DNA from: the human T2T-CHM13v2.0 reference genome, Homo sapiens
Length of the DNA: 64,000 nucleotides
NCBI RefSeq assembly: GCF_009914755.1
Contig: NC_060938.1
Direction: 5' to 3' (one strand)
The notes under the pieces were generated by a model. It saw only the letters and a program-made list of their open reading frames with translations, searched no databases and was not told where the DNA came from. A program made the translations under genes and the position numbers. Positions 24,751 through 39,500 of this stretch are shown in pieces (position 1 is the stretch's first letter; the number at the start of each line of letters is the position of its first letter).

Positions 24751-27700
24751 TCCTGAAATCTATCCAAATATCCCCTTGCAGATTCTACAAAAAGAGTGTT
24801 TCAAAACTGCTCTGTAAAAAGAAAGGTTCAACTCTGTTAGTTGAGTACACACATCACAAACAAGTTTCACACAATGCTTCTTTCTAGCTTGTAGGGGAAG
24901 ATATTCCCTTTATCACCATGGGCCTCAAACCGTCCGATAAGTCCACTTCCATATACTACAAAAAGAGCGTTTCAAACCTGCTCTATGAAAGGCAATGTTC
25001 AACTCTGTGACTTGAATGCAGACATCACAGAGCAGTTTCTGAGAATGCTTCTGTCTAGATTTTATAGGAAGATATTCCCGTTTCCAACGAAATCTTCACA
25101 GCTATCCAAATATCCACTTGCAGATTCTACAAAAAGAGTGTATCAAAACTGCTCTGTCAAAAGGAAGGTTCTTTTCTGTTAGGTGAGTGCATACGTCATA
25201 AAGGAGTTTCTGAGAATGTTTCTGTCTAGTGGTTATGGGAAGATATTTGCTTTTTCACCGTAGGCCTCAGAGCGCTCCAAATATCCACTTGCACATACTA
25301 CAAAAAGAGTGCCTCAAAGCTGCTCTCTGAAACGGAATGTTCAACTCTATGAGTTGAATGCAAACATCGCAAAGACGTTTCTGAGAATGCTTCTGTCTAG
25401 ATTTGATATGAAGATATTCCCGTTTCCAACGAAATCTTCAAATCTATCCAAATGTCCACTTGCAGATTCAACAAAAAGTGTTTTTCAGAACTGCTCTATC
25501 AAAAGAAAGATCCACCTCTGTTAGCTGAGTTCACACATCACAAACAAGTTTATGAGAATGCTTCTGTCTAGTTTTTATTTGAAGATATTTCCTTTCTCAC
25601 CATAGAGCTGAAAGCTGTCCTAATGTTCACTTCCAGATACTACAGAAAGAGTGTTTCAAAACTGCTGTACGAAAGGGAATGTTCAACTATGTGACTTGAA
25701 TGCACACATCACAAAGAAGTTTCTGAGGATGCTGCTGTCTACTTTTTATACGTAATCCCGTTTCCAACGAAATCCTCCAAGCTATCCAAATATCCACTTG
25801 CAGATTCCACAGAAAGACTGTTTCAAAACTGCTCTGTCAATAGAAAGGTTCAACTCTGTTAGCTGCGTGCATATATCCCAAAGAAGATTCTGAGATTGCT
25901 TCTGTCTAGTTTTTATGGGAAGATATTTCCCTTTTCACCGTAGGCGTCAAGGCGCTCCAAATGTCCACTTCCAGATACTACAAAAAGAGTGTTTCAAACC
26001 TACTCTGTGAAAGGGAATATTCAACTCTGTGACTTGAATGCACATATCACAAGGAAGTTTCTGAGAATGCTTCTGTCGAGATTTTATATGAAGATATTCC
26101 CGTTTCCAACGAAATCCTGAAATCTATCCAAATATCCCCTTGCAGATTCTACAAAAAGAGTGTTTCAAAACTGCTCTGTAAAAAGAAAGGTTCAACTCTG
26201 TTAGTTGAGTACACACATCACAAACAAGTTTCACAGAATGCTTCTTTCTAGCTTGTAGGGGAAGATATTCCCTTTATCACCATGGGCCTCAAACCGTCCG
26301 ATAAGTCCACTTCCATATACTACAAAAAGAGCGTTTCAAACCTGCTCTATGAAAGGCAATGTTCAACTCTGTGACTTGAATGCAGACATCACAGAGCAGT
26401 TTCTGAGAATGCTTCTGTCTAGATTTTATAGGAAGATATTCCCGTTTCCAACGAAATCTTCACAGCTATCCAAATATCCACTTGCAGATTCTACAAAAAG
26501 AGTGTATCAAAACTGCTCTGTCAAAAGGAAGGTTCTTCTCTGTTAGGTGAGTGCATACGTCATAAAGGAGTTTCTGAGAATGTTTCTGTCTAGTGGTTAT
26601 GGGAAGATATTTGCTTTTTCACCGTAGGCCTCAGAGCGCTCCAAATATCCACTTGCACATACTACAAAAAGAGTGCCTCAAAGCTGCTCTCTGAAACGGA
26701 ATGTTCAACTCTATGAGTTGAATGCAAACATCGCAAAGACGTTTCTGAGAATGCTTCTGTCTAGATTTGATATGAAGATATTCCCGTTTCCAACGAAATC
26801 TTCAAATCTATCCAAATGTCCACTTGCAGATTCAACAAAAAGTGTTTTTCAGAACTGCTCTATCAAAAGAAAGATCCACCTCTGTTAGCTGAGTTCACAC
26901 ATCACAAACAAGTTTATGAGAATGCTTCTGTCTAGTTTTTATTTGAAGATATTTCCTTTCTCACCATAGAGCTGAAAGCTGTCCTAATGTTCACTTCCAG
27001 ATACTACAGAAAGAGTGTTTCAAAACTGCTGTACGAAAGGGAATGTTCAACTATGTGACTTGAATGCACACATCACAAAGAAGTTTCTGAGGATGCTGCT
27101 GTCTACTTTTTATACGTAATCCCGTTTCCAACGAAATCCTCCAAGCTATCCAAATATCCACTTGCAGATTCCACAGAAAGACTGTTTCAAAACTGCTCTG
27201 TCAATAGAAAGGTTCAACTCTGTTAGCTGCGTGCATATATCCCAAAGAAGATTCTGAGATTGCTTCTGTCTAGTTTTTATGGGAAGATATTTCCCTTTTC
27301 ACCGTAGGCGTCAAGGCGCTCCAAATGTCCACTTCCAGATACTACAAAAAGAGTGTTTCAAACCTACTCTGTGAAAGGGAATATTCAACTCTGTGACTTG
27401 AATGCACATATCACAAAGAAGTTTCTGAGAATGCTTCTGTCGAGATTTTATATGAAGATATTCCCGTTTCCAACGAAATGCTGAAATCTATCCAAATATC
27501 CCCTCGCAGATTCTACAAAAAGAGTGTTTCAAAACTGCTCTGTGAAAAGAAAGGTTCAACTCTGTTAGTTGAGTACACACATCACAAACAAGTTTCACAG
27601 AATGCTTCTTTCTAGCTTGTAGGGGAAGATATTCCCTTTATCACCATGGGCCTCCAACCGTCCGAAACATCCACTTCCATATACTACAAAAAGAGCGTTT

Positions 27701-30530
27701 CAAACCTGCTCTATGAAAGGCAATGTTCAACTCTGTGACTTGAATGCAGACATCACAGAGCAGTTTCTGAGAATGCTTCTGTCTAGATTTTATAGGAAGA
27801 TATTCCCGTTTCCAACGAAATCTTCACAGCTATCCAAATATCCACTTGCAGATTCTACAAAAAGAGTGTATCAAAACTGCTCTGTCAAAAGGAAGGTTCT
27901 TCTCTGTTAGGTGAGTGCATACGTCATAAAGGAGTTTCTGAGAATGTTTCTGTCTAGTGGTTATGGGAAGATATTTGCTTTTTCACCGTAGGCCTCAGAG
28001 CGCTCCAAATATCCACTTGCACATACTACAAAAAGAGTGCTTCAAAGCTGCTCTCTGAAACGGAATGTTCAACTCTATGAGTTGAATGCAAACATCACAA
28101 AGACGTTTCTGAGAATGCTTCTGTCTAGATTTGATATGAAGATATTCCCGTTTCCAACGAAATCTTCAAATCTATCCAAATGTCCACTTGCAGATTCAAC
28201 AAAAAGTGTTTTTCAGAACTGCTCTATCAAAAGAAAGATCCACCTCTGTTAGCTGAGTTCACACATCACAAACAAGTTTATGAGAATGCTTCTGTCTAGT
28301 TTTTATTTGAAGATATTTCCTTTCTCACCATAGAGCTGAAAGCTGTCCTAATGTTCACTTCCAGATACTACAGAAAGAGTGTTTCAAAACTGCTGTACGA
28401 AAGGGAATGTTCAACTCTGTGACTTGAATGCACACATCACAAAGAAGTTTCTGAGGATGCTGCTGTCTACTTTTTATACGTAATCCCGTTTCCAACGAAA
28501 TCCTCCAAGCTATCCAAATATCCACTTGCAGATTCCACAGAAAGACTGTTTCAAAACTGCTCTGTCAATAGAAAGGTTCAACTCTGTTAGCTGCATGCAT
28601 ATATCCCAAAGAAGATTCTGAGATTGCTTCTGTCTAGTTTTTATGGGAAGATATTTCCCTTTTCACCGTAGGCGTCAAGGCGCTCCAAATGTCCACTTCC
28701 AGATACTACAAAAAGAGTGTTTCAAACCTACTCTGTGAAAGGGAATATTCAACTCTGTGACTTGAATGCACATATCACAAGGAAGTTTCTGAGAATGCTT
28801 CTGTCGAGATTTTATATGAAGATATTCCCGTTTCCAACGAAATCCTGAAATCTATCCAAATATCCCCTTGCAGATTCTACAAAAAGAGTGTTTCAAAACT
28901 GCTCTGTAAAAAGAAAGGTTCAACTCTGTTAGTTGAGTACACACATCACAAACAAGTTTCACAGAATGCTTCTTTCTAGCTTGTAGGGGAAGATATTCCC
29001 TTTATCACCATGGGCCTCCAACCGTCCGAAACATCCACTTCCATATACTACAAATGAGCGTTTCAAACCTGCTCTATGAAAGGCAATGTTCAACTCTGTG
29101 ACTTGAATGCAGACATCACAGAGCAGTTTCTGAGAATGCTTCTGTCTAGATTTTATAGGAAGATATTCCCGTTTCCAACGAAATCTTCACAGCTATCCAA
29201 ATATCCACTTGCAGATTCTACAAAAAGAGTGTATCAAAACTGCTCTGTCAAAAGGAAGGTTCTTCTCTGTTAGGTGAGTGCATACGTCATAAAGGAGTTT
29301 CTGAGAATGTTTCTGTCTAGTGGTTATGGGAAGATATTTGCTTTTTCACCGTAGGCCTCAGAGCGCTCCAAATATCCACTTGCACATACTACAAAAAGAG
29401 TGCCTCAAAGCTGCTCTCTGAAACGGAATGTTCAACTCTATGAGTTGAATGCAAACATCACAAAGACGTTTCTGAGAATGCTTCTGTCTAGATTAGATAT
29501 GAAGATATTCCCGTTTCCAACGAAATCTTCAAATCTATCCAAATGTCCACTTGCAGATTCAACAAAAAGTGTTTTTCAGAACTGCTCTATCAAAAGAAAG
29601 ATCCACCTCTGTTAGCTGAGTTCACACATCACAAACAAGTTTATGAGAATGCTTCTGTCTAGTTTTTATTTGAAGATATTTCCTTTCTCACCATAGAGCT
29701 GAAAGCTGTCCTAATGTTCACTTCCAGATACTACAGAAAGAGTGTTTCAAAACTGCTGTACGAAAGGGAATGTTCAACTCTGTGACTTGAATGCACACAT
29801 CACAAAGAAGTTTCTGAGGATGCTGCTGTCTACTTTTTATACGTAATCCCGTTTCCAACGAAATCCTCCAAGCTATCCAAATATCCACTTGCAGATTCCA
29901 CAGAAAGACTGTTTCAAAACTGCTCTGTCAATAGAAAGGTTCAACTCTGTTAGCTGCGTGCATATATCCCAAAGAAGATTCTGAGATTGCTTCTGTCTAG
30001 TTTTTATGGGAAGATATTTCCCTTTTCACCGTAGGCGTCAAGGCGCTCCAAATGTCCACTTCCAGATACTACAAAAAGAGTGTTTCAAACCTACTCTGTG
30101 AAAGGGAATATTCAACTCTGTGACTTGAATGCACATATCACAAAGAAGTTTCTGAGAATGCTTCTGTCGAGATTTTATATGAAGATATTCCCGTTTCCAA
30201 CGAAATGCTGAAATCTATCCAAATATCCCCTCGCAGATTCTACAAAAAGAGTGTTTCAAAACTGCTCTGTGAAAAGAAAGGTTCAACTCTGTTAGTTGAG
30301 TACACACATCACAAACAAGTTTCACAGAATGCTTCTTTCTAGCTTGTAGGGGAAGATATTCCCTTTATCACCATGGGCCTCCAACCGTCCGAAACATCCA
30401 CTTCCATATACTACAAAAAGAGCGTTTCAAACCTGCTCTATGAAAGGCAATGTTCAACTCTGTGACTTGAATGCAGACATCACAGAGCAGTTTCTGAGAA
30501 TGCTTCTGTCTAGATTTTATAGGAAGATAT

Positions 30531-30547
30531 GCCCGTTTCCAACGAAA
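30531..30547 (-). promoter_or_regulatory. CENP-B box variant at a non-core position
   Basis: GCCCGTTTCCAACGAAA (T>G at 30531); the core nTTCGnnnnAnnCGGGn is intact. Confidence 0.8.
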
Positions 30548-33500
30548 TCTTCACAGCTATCCAAATATCCACTTGCAGATTCTACAAAAAGAGTGTATCA
30601 AAACTGCTCTGTCAAAAGGAAGGTTCTTCTCTGTTAGGTGAGTGCATACGTCATAAAGGAGTTTCTGAGAATGTTTCTGTCTAGTGGTTATGGGAAGATA
30701 TTTGCTTTTTCACCGTAGGCCTCAGAGCGCTCCAAATATCCACTTGCACATACTACAAAAAGAGTGCCTCAAAGCTGCTCTCTGAAACGGAATGTTCAAC
30801 TCTATGAGTTGAATGCAAACATCACAAAGACGTTTCTGAGAATGCTTCTGTCTAGATTTGATATGAAGATATTCCCGTTTCCAACGAAATCTTCAAATCT
30901 ATCCAAATGTCCACTTGCAGATTCAACAAAAAGTGTTTTTCAGAACTGCTCTATCAAAAGAAAGATCCACCTCTGTTAGCTGAGTTCACACATCACAAAC
31001 AAGTTTATGAGAATGCTTCTGTCTAGTTTTTATTTGAAGATATTTCCTTTCTCACCATAGAGCTGAAAGCTGTCCTAATGTTCACTTCCAGATACTACAG
31101 AAAGAGTGTTTCAAAACTGCTGTACGAAAGGGAATGTTCAACTCTGTGACTTGAATGCACACATCACAAAGAAGTTTCTGAGGATGCTGCTGTCTACTTT
31201 TTATACGTAATCCCGTTTCCAACGAAATCCTCCAAGCTATCCAAATATCCACTTGCAGATTCCACAGAAAGACTGTTTCAAAACTGCTCTGTCAATAGAA
31301 AGGTTCAACTCTGTTAGCTGCATGCATATATCCCAAAGAAGATTCTGAGATTGCTTCTGTCTAGTTTTTATGGGAAGATATTTCCCTTTTCACCGTAGGC
31401 GTCAAGGCGCTCCAAATGTCCACTTCCAGATACTACAAAAAGAGTGTTTCAAACCTACTCTGTGAAAGGGAATATTCAACTCTGTGACTTGAATGCACAT
31501 ATCACAAAGAAGTTTCTGAGAATGCTTCTGTCGAGATTTTATATGAAGATATTCCCGTTTCCAACGAAATCCTGAAATCTATCCAAATATCCCCTCGCAG
31601 ATTCTGCAAAAAGAGTGTTTCAAAACTGCTCTGTGAAAAGAAAGGTTCAACTCTGTTAGTTGAGTACACACATCACAAACAAGTTTCACAGAATGCTTCT
31701 TTCTAGCTTGTAGGGGAAGATATTCCCTTTATCACCATGGGCCTCCAACCGTCCGAAACATCCACTTCCATATACTACAAAAAGAGCGTTTCAAACCTGC
31801 TCTATGAAAGGCAATGTTCAACTCTGTGACTTGAATGCAGACATCACAGAGCAGTTTCTGAGAATGCTTCTGTCTAGATTTTATAGGAAGATATTCCCGT
31901 TTCCAACGAAATCTTCACAGCTATCCAAATATCCACTTGCAGATTCTACAAAAAGAGTGTATCAAAACTGCTCTGTCAAAAGGAAGGTTCTTCTCTGTTA
32001 GGTGAGTGCATACGTCATAAAGGAGTTTCTGAGAATGTTTCTGTCTAGTGGTTATGGGAAGATATTTGCTTTTTCACCGTAGGCCTCAGAGCGCTCCAAA
32101 TATCCACTTGCACATACTACAAAAAGAGTGCCTCAAAGCTGCTCTCTGAAACGGAATGTTCAACTCTATGAGTTGAATGCAAACATCACAAAGACGTTTC
32201 TGAGAATGCTTCTGTCTAGATTTGATATGAAGATATTCCCGTTTCCAACGAAATCTTCAAATCTATCCAAATGTCCACTTGCAGATTCAACAAAAAGTGT
32301 TTTTCAGAACTGCTCTATCAAAAGAAAGATCCACCTCTGTTAGCTGAGTTCACACATCACAAACAAGTTTATGAGAATGCTTCTGTCTAGTTTTTATTTG
32401 AAGATATTTCCTTTCTCACCATAGAGCTGAAAGCTGTCCTAATGTTCACTTCCAGATACTACAGAAAGAGTGTTTCAAAACTGCTGTACGAAAGGGAATG
32501 TTCAACTCTGTGACTTGAATGCACACATCACAAAGAAGTTTCTGAGGATGCTGCTGTCTACTTTTTATACGTAATCCCGTTTCCAACGAAATCCTCCAAG
32601 CTATCCAAATATCCACTTGCAGATTCCACAGAAAGACTGTTTCAAAACTGCTCTGTCAATAGAAAGGTTCAACTCTGTTAGCTGCATGCATATATCCCAA
32701 AGAAGATTCTGAGATTGCTTCTGTCTAGTTTTTATGGGAAGATATTTCCCTTTTCACCGTAGGCGTCAAGGCGCTCCAAATGTCCACTTCCAGATACTAC
32801 AAAAAGAGTGTTTCAAACCTACTCTGTGAAAGGGAATATTCAACTCTGTGACTTGAATGCACATATCACAAGGAAGTTTCTGAGAATGCTTCTGTCGAGA
32901 TTTTATATGAAGATATTCCCGTTTCCAACGAAATCCTGAAATGTATCCAAATATCCCCTTGCAGATTCTACAAAAAGAGTGTTTCAAAACTGCTCTGTAA
33001 AAAGAAAGGTTCAACTCTGTTAGTTGAGTACACACATCACAAACAAGTTTCACACAATGCTTCTTTCTAGCTTGTAGGGGAAGATATTCCCTTTATCACC
33101 ATGGGCCTCAAACCGTCCGAAACATCCACTTCCATATACTACAAAAAGAGCGTTTCAAACCTGCTCTATGAAAGGCAATGTTCAACTCTGTGACTTGAAT
33201 GCAGACATCACAGAGCAGTTTCTGAGAATGCTTCTGTCTAGATTTTATAGGAAGATATTCCCGTTTCCAACGAAATCTTCACAGCTATCCAAATATCCAC
33301 TTGCAGATTCTACAAAAAGAGTGTATCAAAACTGCTCTGTCAAAAGGAAGGTTCTTCTCTGTTAGGTGAGTGCATACGTCATAAAGGAGTTTCTGAGAAT
33401 GTTTCTGTCTAGTGGTTATGGGAAGATATTTGCTTTTTCACCGTAGGCCTCAGAGCGCTCCAAATATCCACTTGCACATACTACAAAAAGAGTGCCTCAA

Positions 33501-36500
33501 AGCTGCTCTCTGAAACGGAATGTTCAACTCTATGAGTTGAATGCAAACATCGCAAAGACGTTTCTGAGAATGCTTCTGTCTAGATTTGATATGAAGATAT
33601 TCCCGTTTCCAACGAAATCTTCAAATCTATCCAAATGTCCACTTGCAGATTCAACAAAAAGTGTTTTTCAGAACTGCTCTATCAAAAGAAAGATCCACCT
33701 CTGTTAGCTGAGTTCACACATCACAAACAAGTTTATGAGAATGCTTCTGTCTAGTTTTTATTTGAAGATATTTCCTTTCTCACCATAGAGCTGAAAGCTG
33801 TCCTAATGTTCACTTCCAGATACTACAGAAAGAGTGTTTCAAAACTGCTGTACGAAAGGGAATGTTCAACTCTGTGACTTGAATGCACACATCACAAAGA
33901 AGTTTCTGAGGATGCTGCTGTCTACTTTTTATACGTAATCCCGTTTCCAACGAAATCCTCCAAGCTATCCAAATATCCACTTGCAGATTCCACAGAAAGA
34001 CTGTTTCAAAACTGCTCTGTCAATAGAAAGGTTCAACTCTGTTAGCTGCATGCATATATCCCAAAGAAGATTCTGAGATTGCTTCTGTCTAGTTTTTATG
34101 GGAAGATATTTCCCTTTTCACCGTAGGCGTCAAGGCGCTCCAAATGTCCACTTCCAGATACTACAAAAAGAGTGTTTCAAACCTACTCTGTGAAAGGGAA
34201 TATTCAACTCTGTGACTTGAATGCACATATCACAAAGAAGTTTCTGAGAATGCTTCTGTCGAGATTTTATATGAAGATATTCCCGTTTCCAACGAAATGC
34301 TGAAATCTATCCAAATATCCCCTCGCAGATTCTACAAAAAGAGTGTTTCAAAACTGCTCTGTGAAAAGAAAGGTTCAACTCTGTTAGTTGAGTACACACA
34401 TCACAAACAAGTTTCACAGAATGCTTCTTTCTAGCTTGTAGGGGAAGATATTCCCTTTATCACCATGGGCCTCCAACCGTCCGAAACATCCACTTCCATA
34501 TACTACAAAAAGAGCGTTTCAAACCTGCTCTATGAAAGGCAATGTTCAACTCTGTGACTTGAATGCAGACATCACAGAGCAGTTTCTGAGAATGCTTCTG
34601 TCTAGATTTTATAGGAAGATATTCCCGTTTCCAACGAAATCTTCACAGCTATCCAAATATCCACTTGCAGATTCTACAAAAAGAGTGTATCAAAACTGCT
34701 CTGTCAAAAGGAAGGTTCTTCTCTGTTAGGTGAGTGCATACGTCATAAAGGAGTTTCTGAGAATGTTTCTGTCTAGTGGTTATGGGAAGATATTTGCTTT
34801 TTCACCGTAGGCCTCAGAGCGCTCCAAATATCCACTTGCACATACTACAAAAAGAGTGCTTCAAAGCTGCTCTCTGAAACGGAATGTTCAACTCTATGAG
34901 TTGAATGCAAACATCACAAAGACGTTTCTGAGAATGCTTCTGTCTAGATTTGATATGAAGATATTCCCGTTTCCAACGAAATCTTCAAATCTATCCAAAT
35001 GTCCACTTGCAGATTCAACAAAAAGTGTTTTTCAGAACTGCTCTATCAAAAGAAAGATCCACCTCTGTTAGCTGAGTTCACACATCACAAACAAGTTTAT
35101 GAGAATGCTTCTGTCTAGTTTTTATTTGAAGATATTTCCTTTCTCACCATAGAGCTGAAAGCTGTCCTAATGTTCACTTCCAGATACTACAGAAAGAGTG
35201 TTTCAAAACTGCTGTACGAAAGGGAATGTTCAACTCTGTGACTTGAATGCACACATCACAAAGAAGTTTCTGAGGATGCTGCTGTCTACTTTTTATACGT
35301 AATCCCGTTTCCAACGAAATCCTCCAAGCTATCCAAATATCCACTTGCAGATTCCACAGAAAGACTGTTTCAAAACTGCTCTGTCAATAGAAAGGTTCAA
35401 CTCTGTTAGCTGCGTGCATATATCCCAAAGAAGATTCTGAGATTGCTTCTGTCTAGTTTTTATGGGAAGATATTTCCCTTTTCACCGTAGGTGTCAAGGC
35501 GCTCCAAATGTCCACTTCCAGATACTACAAAAAGAGTGTTTCAAACCTACTCTGTGAAAGGGAATATTCAACTCTGTGACTTGAATGCACATATCACAAA
35601 GAAGTTTCTGAGAATGCTTCTGTCGAGATTTTATATGAAGATATTCCCGTTTCCAACGAAATGCTGAAATCTATCCAAATATCCCCTTGCAGATTCTACA
35701 AAAAGAGTGTTTCAAAACTGCTCTGTGAAAAGAAAGGTTCAACTCTGTTAGTTGAGTACACACATCACAAACAAGTTTCACAGAATGCTTCTTTCTAGCT
35801 TGTAGGGGAAGATATTCCCTTTATCACCATGGGCCTCCAACCGTCCGAAACATCCACTTCCATATACTACAAAAAGAGCGTTTCAAACCTGCTCTATGAA
35901 AGGCAATGTTCAACTCTGTGACTTGAATGCAGACATCACAGAGCAGTTTCTGAGAATGCTTCTGTCTAGATTTTATAGGAAGATATTCCCGTTTCCAACG
36001 AAATCTTCACAGCTATCCAAATATCCACTTGCAGATTCTACAAAAAGAGTGTATCAAAACTGCTCTGTCAAAAGGAAGGTTCTTCTCTGTTAGGTGAGTG
36101 CATACGTCATAAAGGAGTTTCTGAGAATGTTTCTGTCTAGTGGTTATGGGAAGATATTTGCTTTTTCACCGTAGGCCTCAGAGCGCTCCAAATATCCACT
36201 TGCACATACTACAAAAAGAGTGCTTCAAAGCTGCTCTCTGAAACGGAATGTTCAACTCTATGAGTTGAATGCAAACATCACAAAGACGTTTCTGAGAATG
36301 CTTCTGTCTAGATTTGATATGAAGATATTCCCGTTTCCAACGAAATCTTCAAATCTATCCAAATGTCCACTTGCAGATTCAACAAAAAGTGTTTTTCAGA
36401 ACTGCTCTATCAAAAGAAAGATCCACCTCTGTTAGCTGAGTTCACACATCACAAACAAGTTTATGAGAATGCTTCTGTCTAGTTTTTATTTGAAGATATT

Positions 36501-39500
36501 TCCTTTCTCACCATAGAGCTGAAAGCTGTCCTAATGTTCACTTCCAGATACTACAGAAAGAGTGTTTCAAAACTGCTGTACGAAAGGGAATGTTCAACTC
36601 TGTGACTTGAATGCACACATCACAAAGAAGTTTCTGAGGATGCTGCTGTCTACTTTTTATACGTAATCCCGTTTCCAACGAAATCCTCCAAGCTATCCAA
36701 ATATCCACTTGCAGATTCCACAGAAAGACTGTTTCAAAACTGCTCTGTCAATAGAAAGGTTCAACTCTGTTAGCTGCATGCATATATCCCAAAGAAGATT
36801 CTGAGATTGCTTCTGTCTAGTTTTTATGGGAAGATATTTCCCTTTTCACCGTAGGCGTCAAGGCGCTCCAAATGTCCACTTCCAGATACTACAAAAAGAG
36901 TGTTTCAAACCTACTCTGTGAAAGGGAATATTCAACTCTGTGACTTGAATGCACATATCACAAGGAAGTTTCTGAGAATGCTTCTGTCGAGATGTTATAT
37001 GAAGATATTCCCGTTTCCAACGAAATCCTGAAATCTATCCAAATATCCCCTTGCAGATTCTACAAAAAGAGTGTTTCAAAACTGCTCTGTAAAAAGAAAG
37101 GTTCAACTCTGTTAGTTGAGTACACACATCACAAACAAGTTTCACACAATGCTTCTTTCTAGCTTGTAGGGGAAGATATTCCCTTTATCACCATGGGCCT
37201 CAAACCGTCCGATAAGTCCACTTCCATATACTACAAAAAGAGCGTTTCAAACCTGCTCTATGAAAGGCAATGTTCAACTCTGTGACTTGAATGCAGACAT
37301 CACAGAGCAGTTTCTGAGAATGCTTCTGTCTAGATTTTATAGGAAGATATTCCCGTTTCCAACGAAATCTTCACAGCTATCCAAATATCCACTTGCAGAT
37401 TCTACAAAAAGAGTGTATCAAAACTGCTCTGTCAAAAGGAAGGTTCTTTTCTGTTAGGTGAGTGCATACGTCATAAAGGAGTTTCTGAGAATGTTTCTGT
37501 CTAGTGGTTATGGGAAGATATTTGCTTTTTCACCGTAGGCCTCAGAGCGCTCCAAATATCCACTTGCACATACTACAAAAAGAGTGCCTCAAAGCTGCTC
37601 TCTGAAACGGAATGTTCAACTCTATGAGTTGAATGCAAACATCGCAAAGACGTTTCTGAGAATGCTTCTGTCTAGATTTGATATGAAGATATTCCCGTTT
37701 CCAACGAAATCTTCAAATCTATCCAAATGTCCACTTGCAGATTCAACAAAAAGTGTTTTTCAGAACTGCTCTATCAAAAGAAAGATCCACCTCTGTTAGC
37801 TGAGTTCACACATCACAAACAAGTTTATGAGAATGCTTCTGTCTAGTTTTTATTTGAAGATATTTCCTTTCTCACCATAGAGCTGAAAGCTGTCCTAATG
37901 TTCACTTCCAGATACTACAGAAAGAGTGTTTCAAAACTGCTGTACGAAAGGGAATGTTCAACTCTGTGACTTGAATGCACACATCACAAAGAAGTTTCTG
38001 AGGATGCTGCTGTCTACTTTTTATACGTAATCCCGTTTCCAACGAAATCCTCCAAGCTATCCAAATATCCACTTGCAGATTCCACAGAAAGACTGTTTCA
38101 AAACTGCTCTGTCAATAGAAAGGTTCAACTCTGTTAGCTGCGTGCATATATCCCAAAGAAGATTCTGAGATTGCTTCTGTCTAGTTTTTATGGGAAGATA
38201 TTTCCCTTTTCACCGTAGGCGTCAAGGCGCTCCAAATGTCCACTTCCAGATACTACAAAAAGAGTGTTTCAAACCTACTCTGTGAAAGGGAATATTCAAC
38301 TCTGTGACTTGAATGCACATATCACAAAGAAGTTTCTGAGAATGCTTCTGTCGAGATTTTATATGAAGATATTCCCGTTTCCAACGAAATGCTGAAATCT
38401 ATCCAAATATCCCCTCGCAGATTCTACAAAAAGAGTGTTTCAAAACTGCTCTGTGAAAAGAAAGGTTCAACTCTGTTAGTTGAGTACACACATCACAAAC
38501 AAGTTTCACAGAATGCTTCTTTCTAGCTTGTAGGGGAAGATATTCCCTTTATCACCATGGGCCTCCAACCGTCCGAAACATCCACTTCCATATACTACAA
38601 AAAGAGCGTTTCAAACCTGCTCTATGAAAGGCAATGTTCAACTCTGTGACTTGAATGCAGACATCACAGAGCAGTTTCTGAGAATGCTTCTGTCTAGATT
38701 TTATAGGAAGATATTCCCGTTTCCAACGAAATCTTCACAGCTATCCAAATATCCACTTGCAGATTCTACAAAAAGAGTGTATCAAAACTGCTCTGTCAAA
38801 AGGAAGGTTCTTCTCTGTTAGGTGAGTGCATACGTCATAAAGGAGTTTCTGAGAATGTTTCTGTCTAGTGGTTATGGGAAGATATTTGCTTTTTCACCGT
38901 AGGCCTCAGAGCGCTCCAAATATCCACTTGCACATACTACAAAAAGAGTGCTTCAAAGCTGCTCTCTGAAACGGAATGTTCAACTCTATGAGTTGAATGC
39001 AAACATCACAAAGACGTTTCTGAGAATGCTTCTGTCTAGATTTGATATGAAGATATTCCCGTTTCCAACGAAATCTTCAAATCTATCCAAATGTCCACTT
39101 GCAGATTCAACAAAAAGTGTTTTTCAGAACTGCTCTATCAAAAGAAAGATCCACCTCTGTTAGCTGAGTTCACACATCACAAACAAGTTTATGAGAATGC
39201 TTCTGTCTAGTTTTTATTTGAAGATATTTCCTTTCTCACCATAGAGCTGAAAGCTGTCCTAATGTTCACTTCCAGATACTACAGAAAGAGTGTTTCAAAA
39301 CTGCTGTACGAAAGGGAATGTTCAACTCTGTGACTTGAATGCACACATCACAAAGAAGTTTCTGAGGATGCTGCTGTCTACTTTTTATACGTAATCCCGT
39401 TTCCAACGAAATCCTCCAAGCTATCCAAATATCCACTTGCAGATTCCACAGAAAGACTGTTTCAAAACTGCTCTGTCAATAGAAAGGTTCAACTCTGTTA

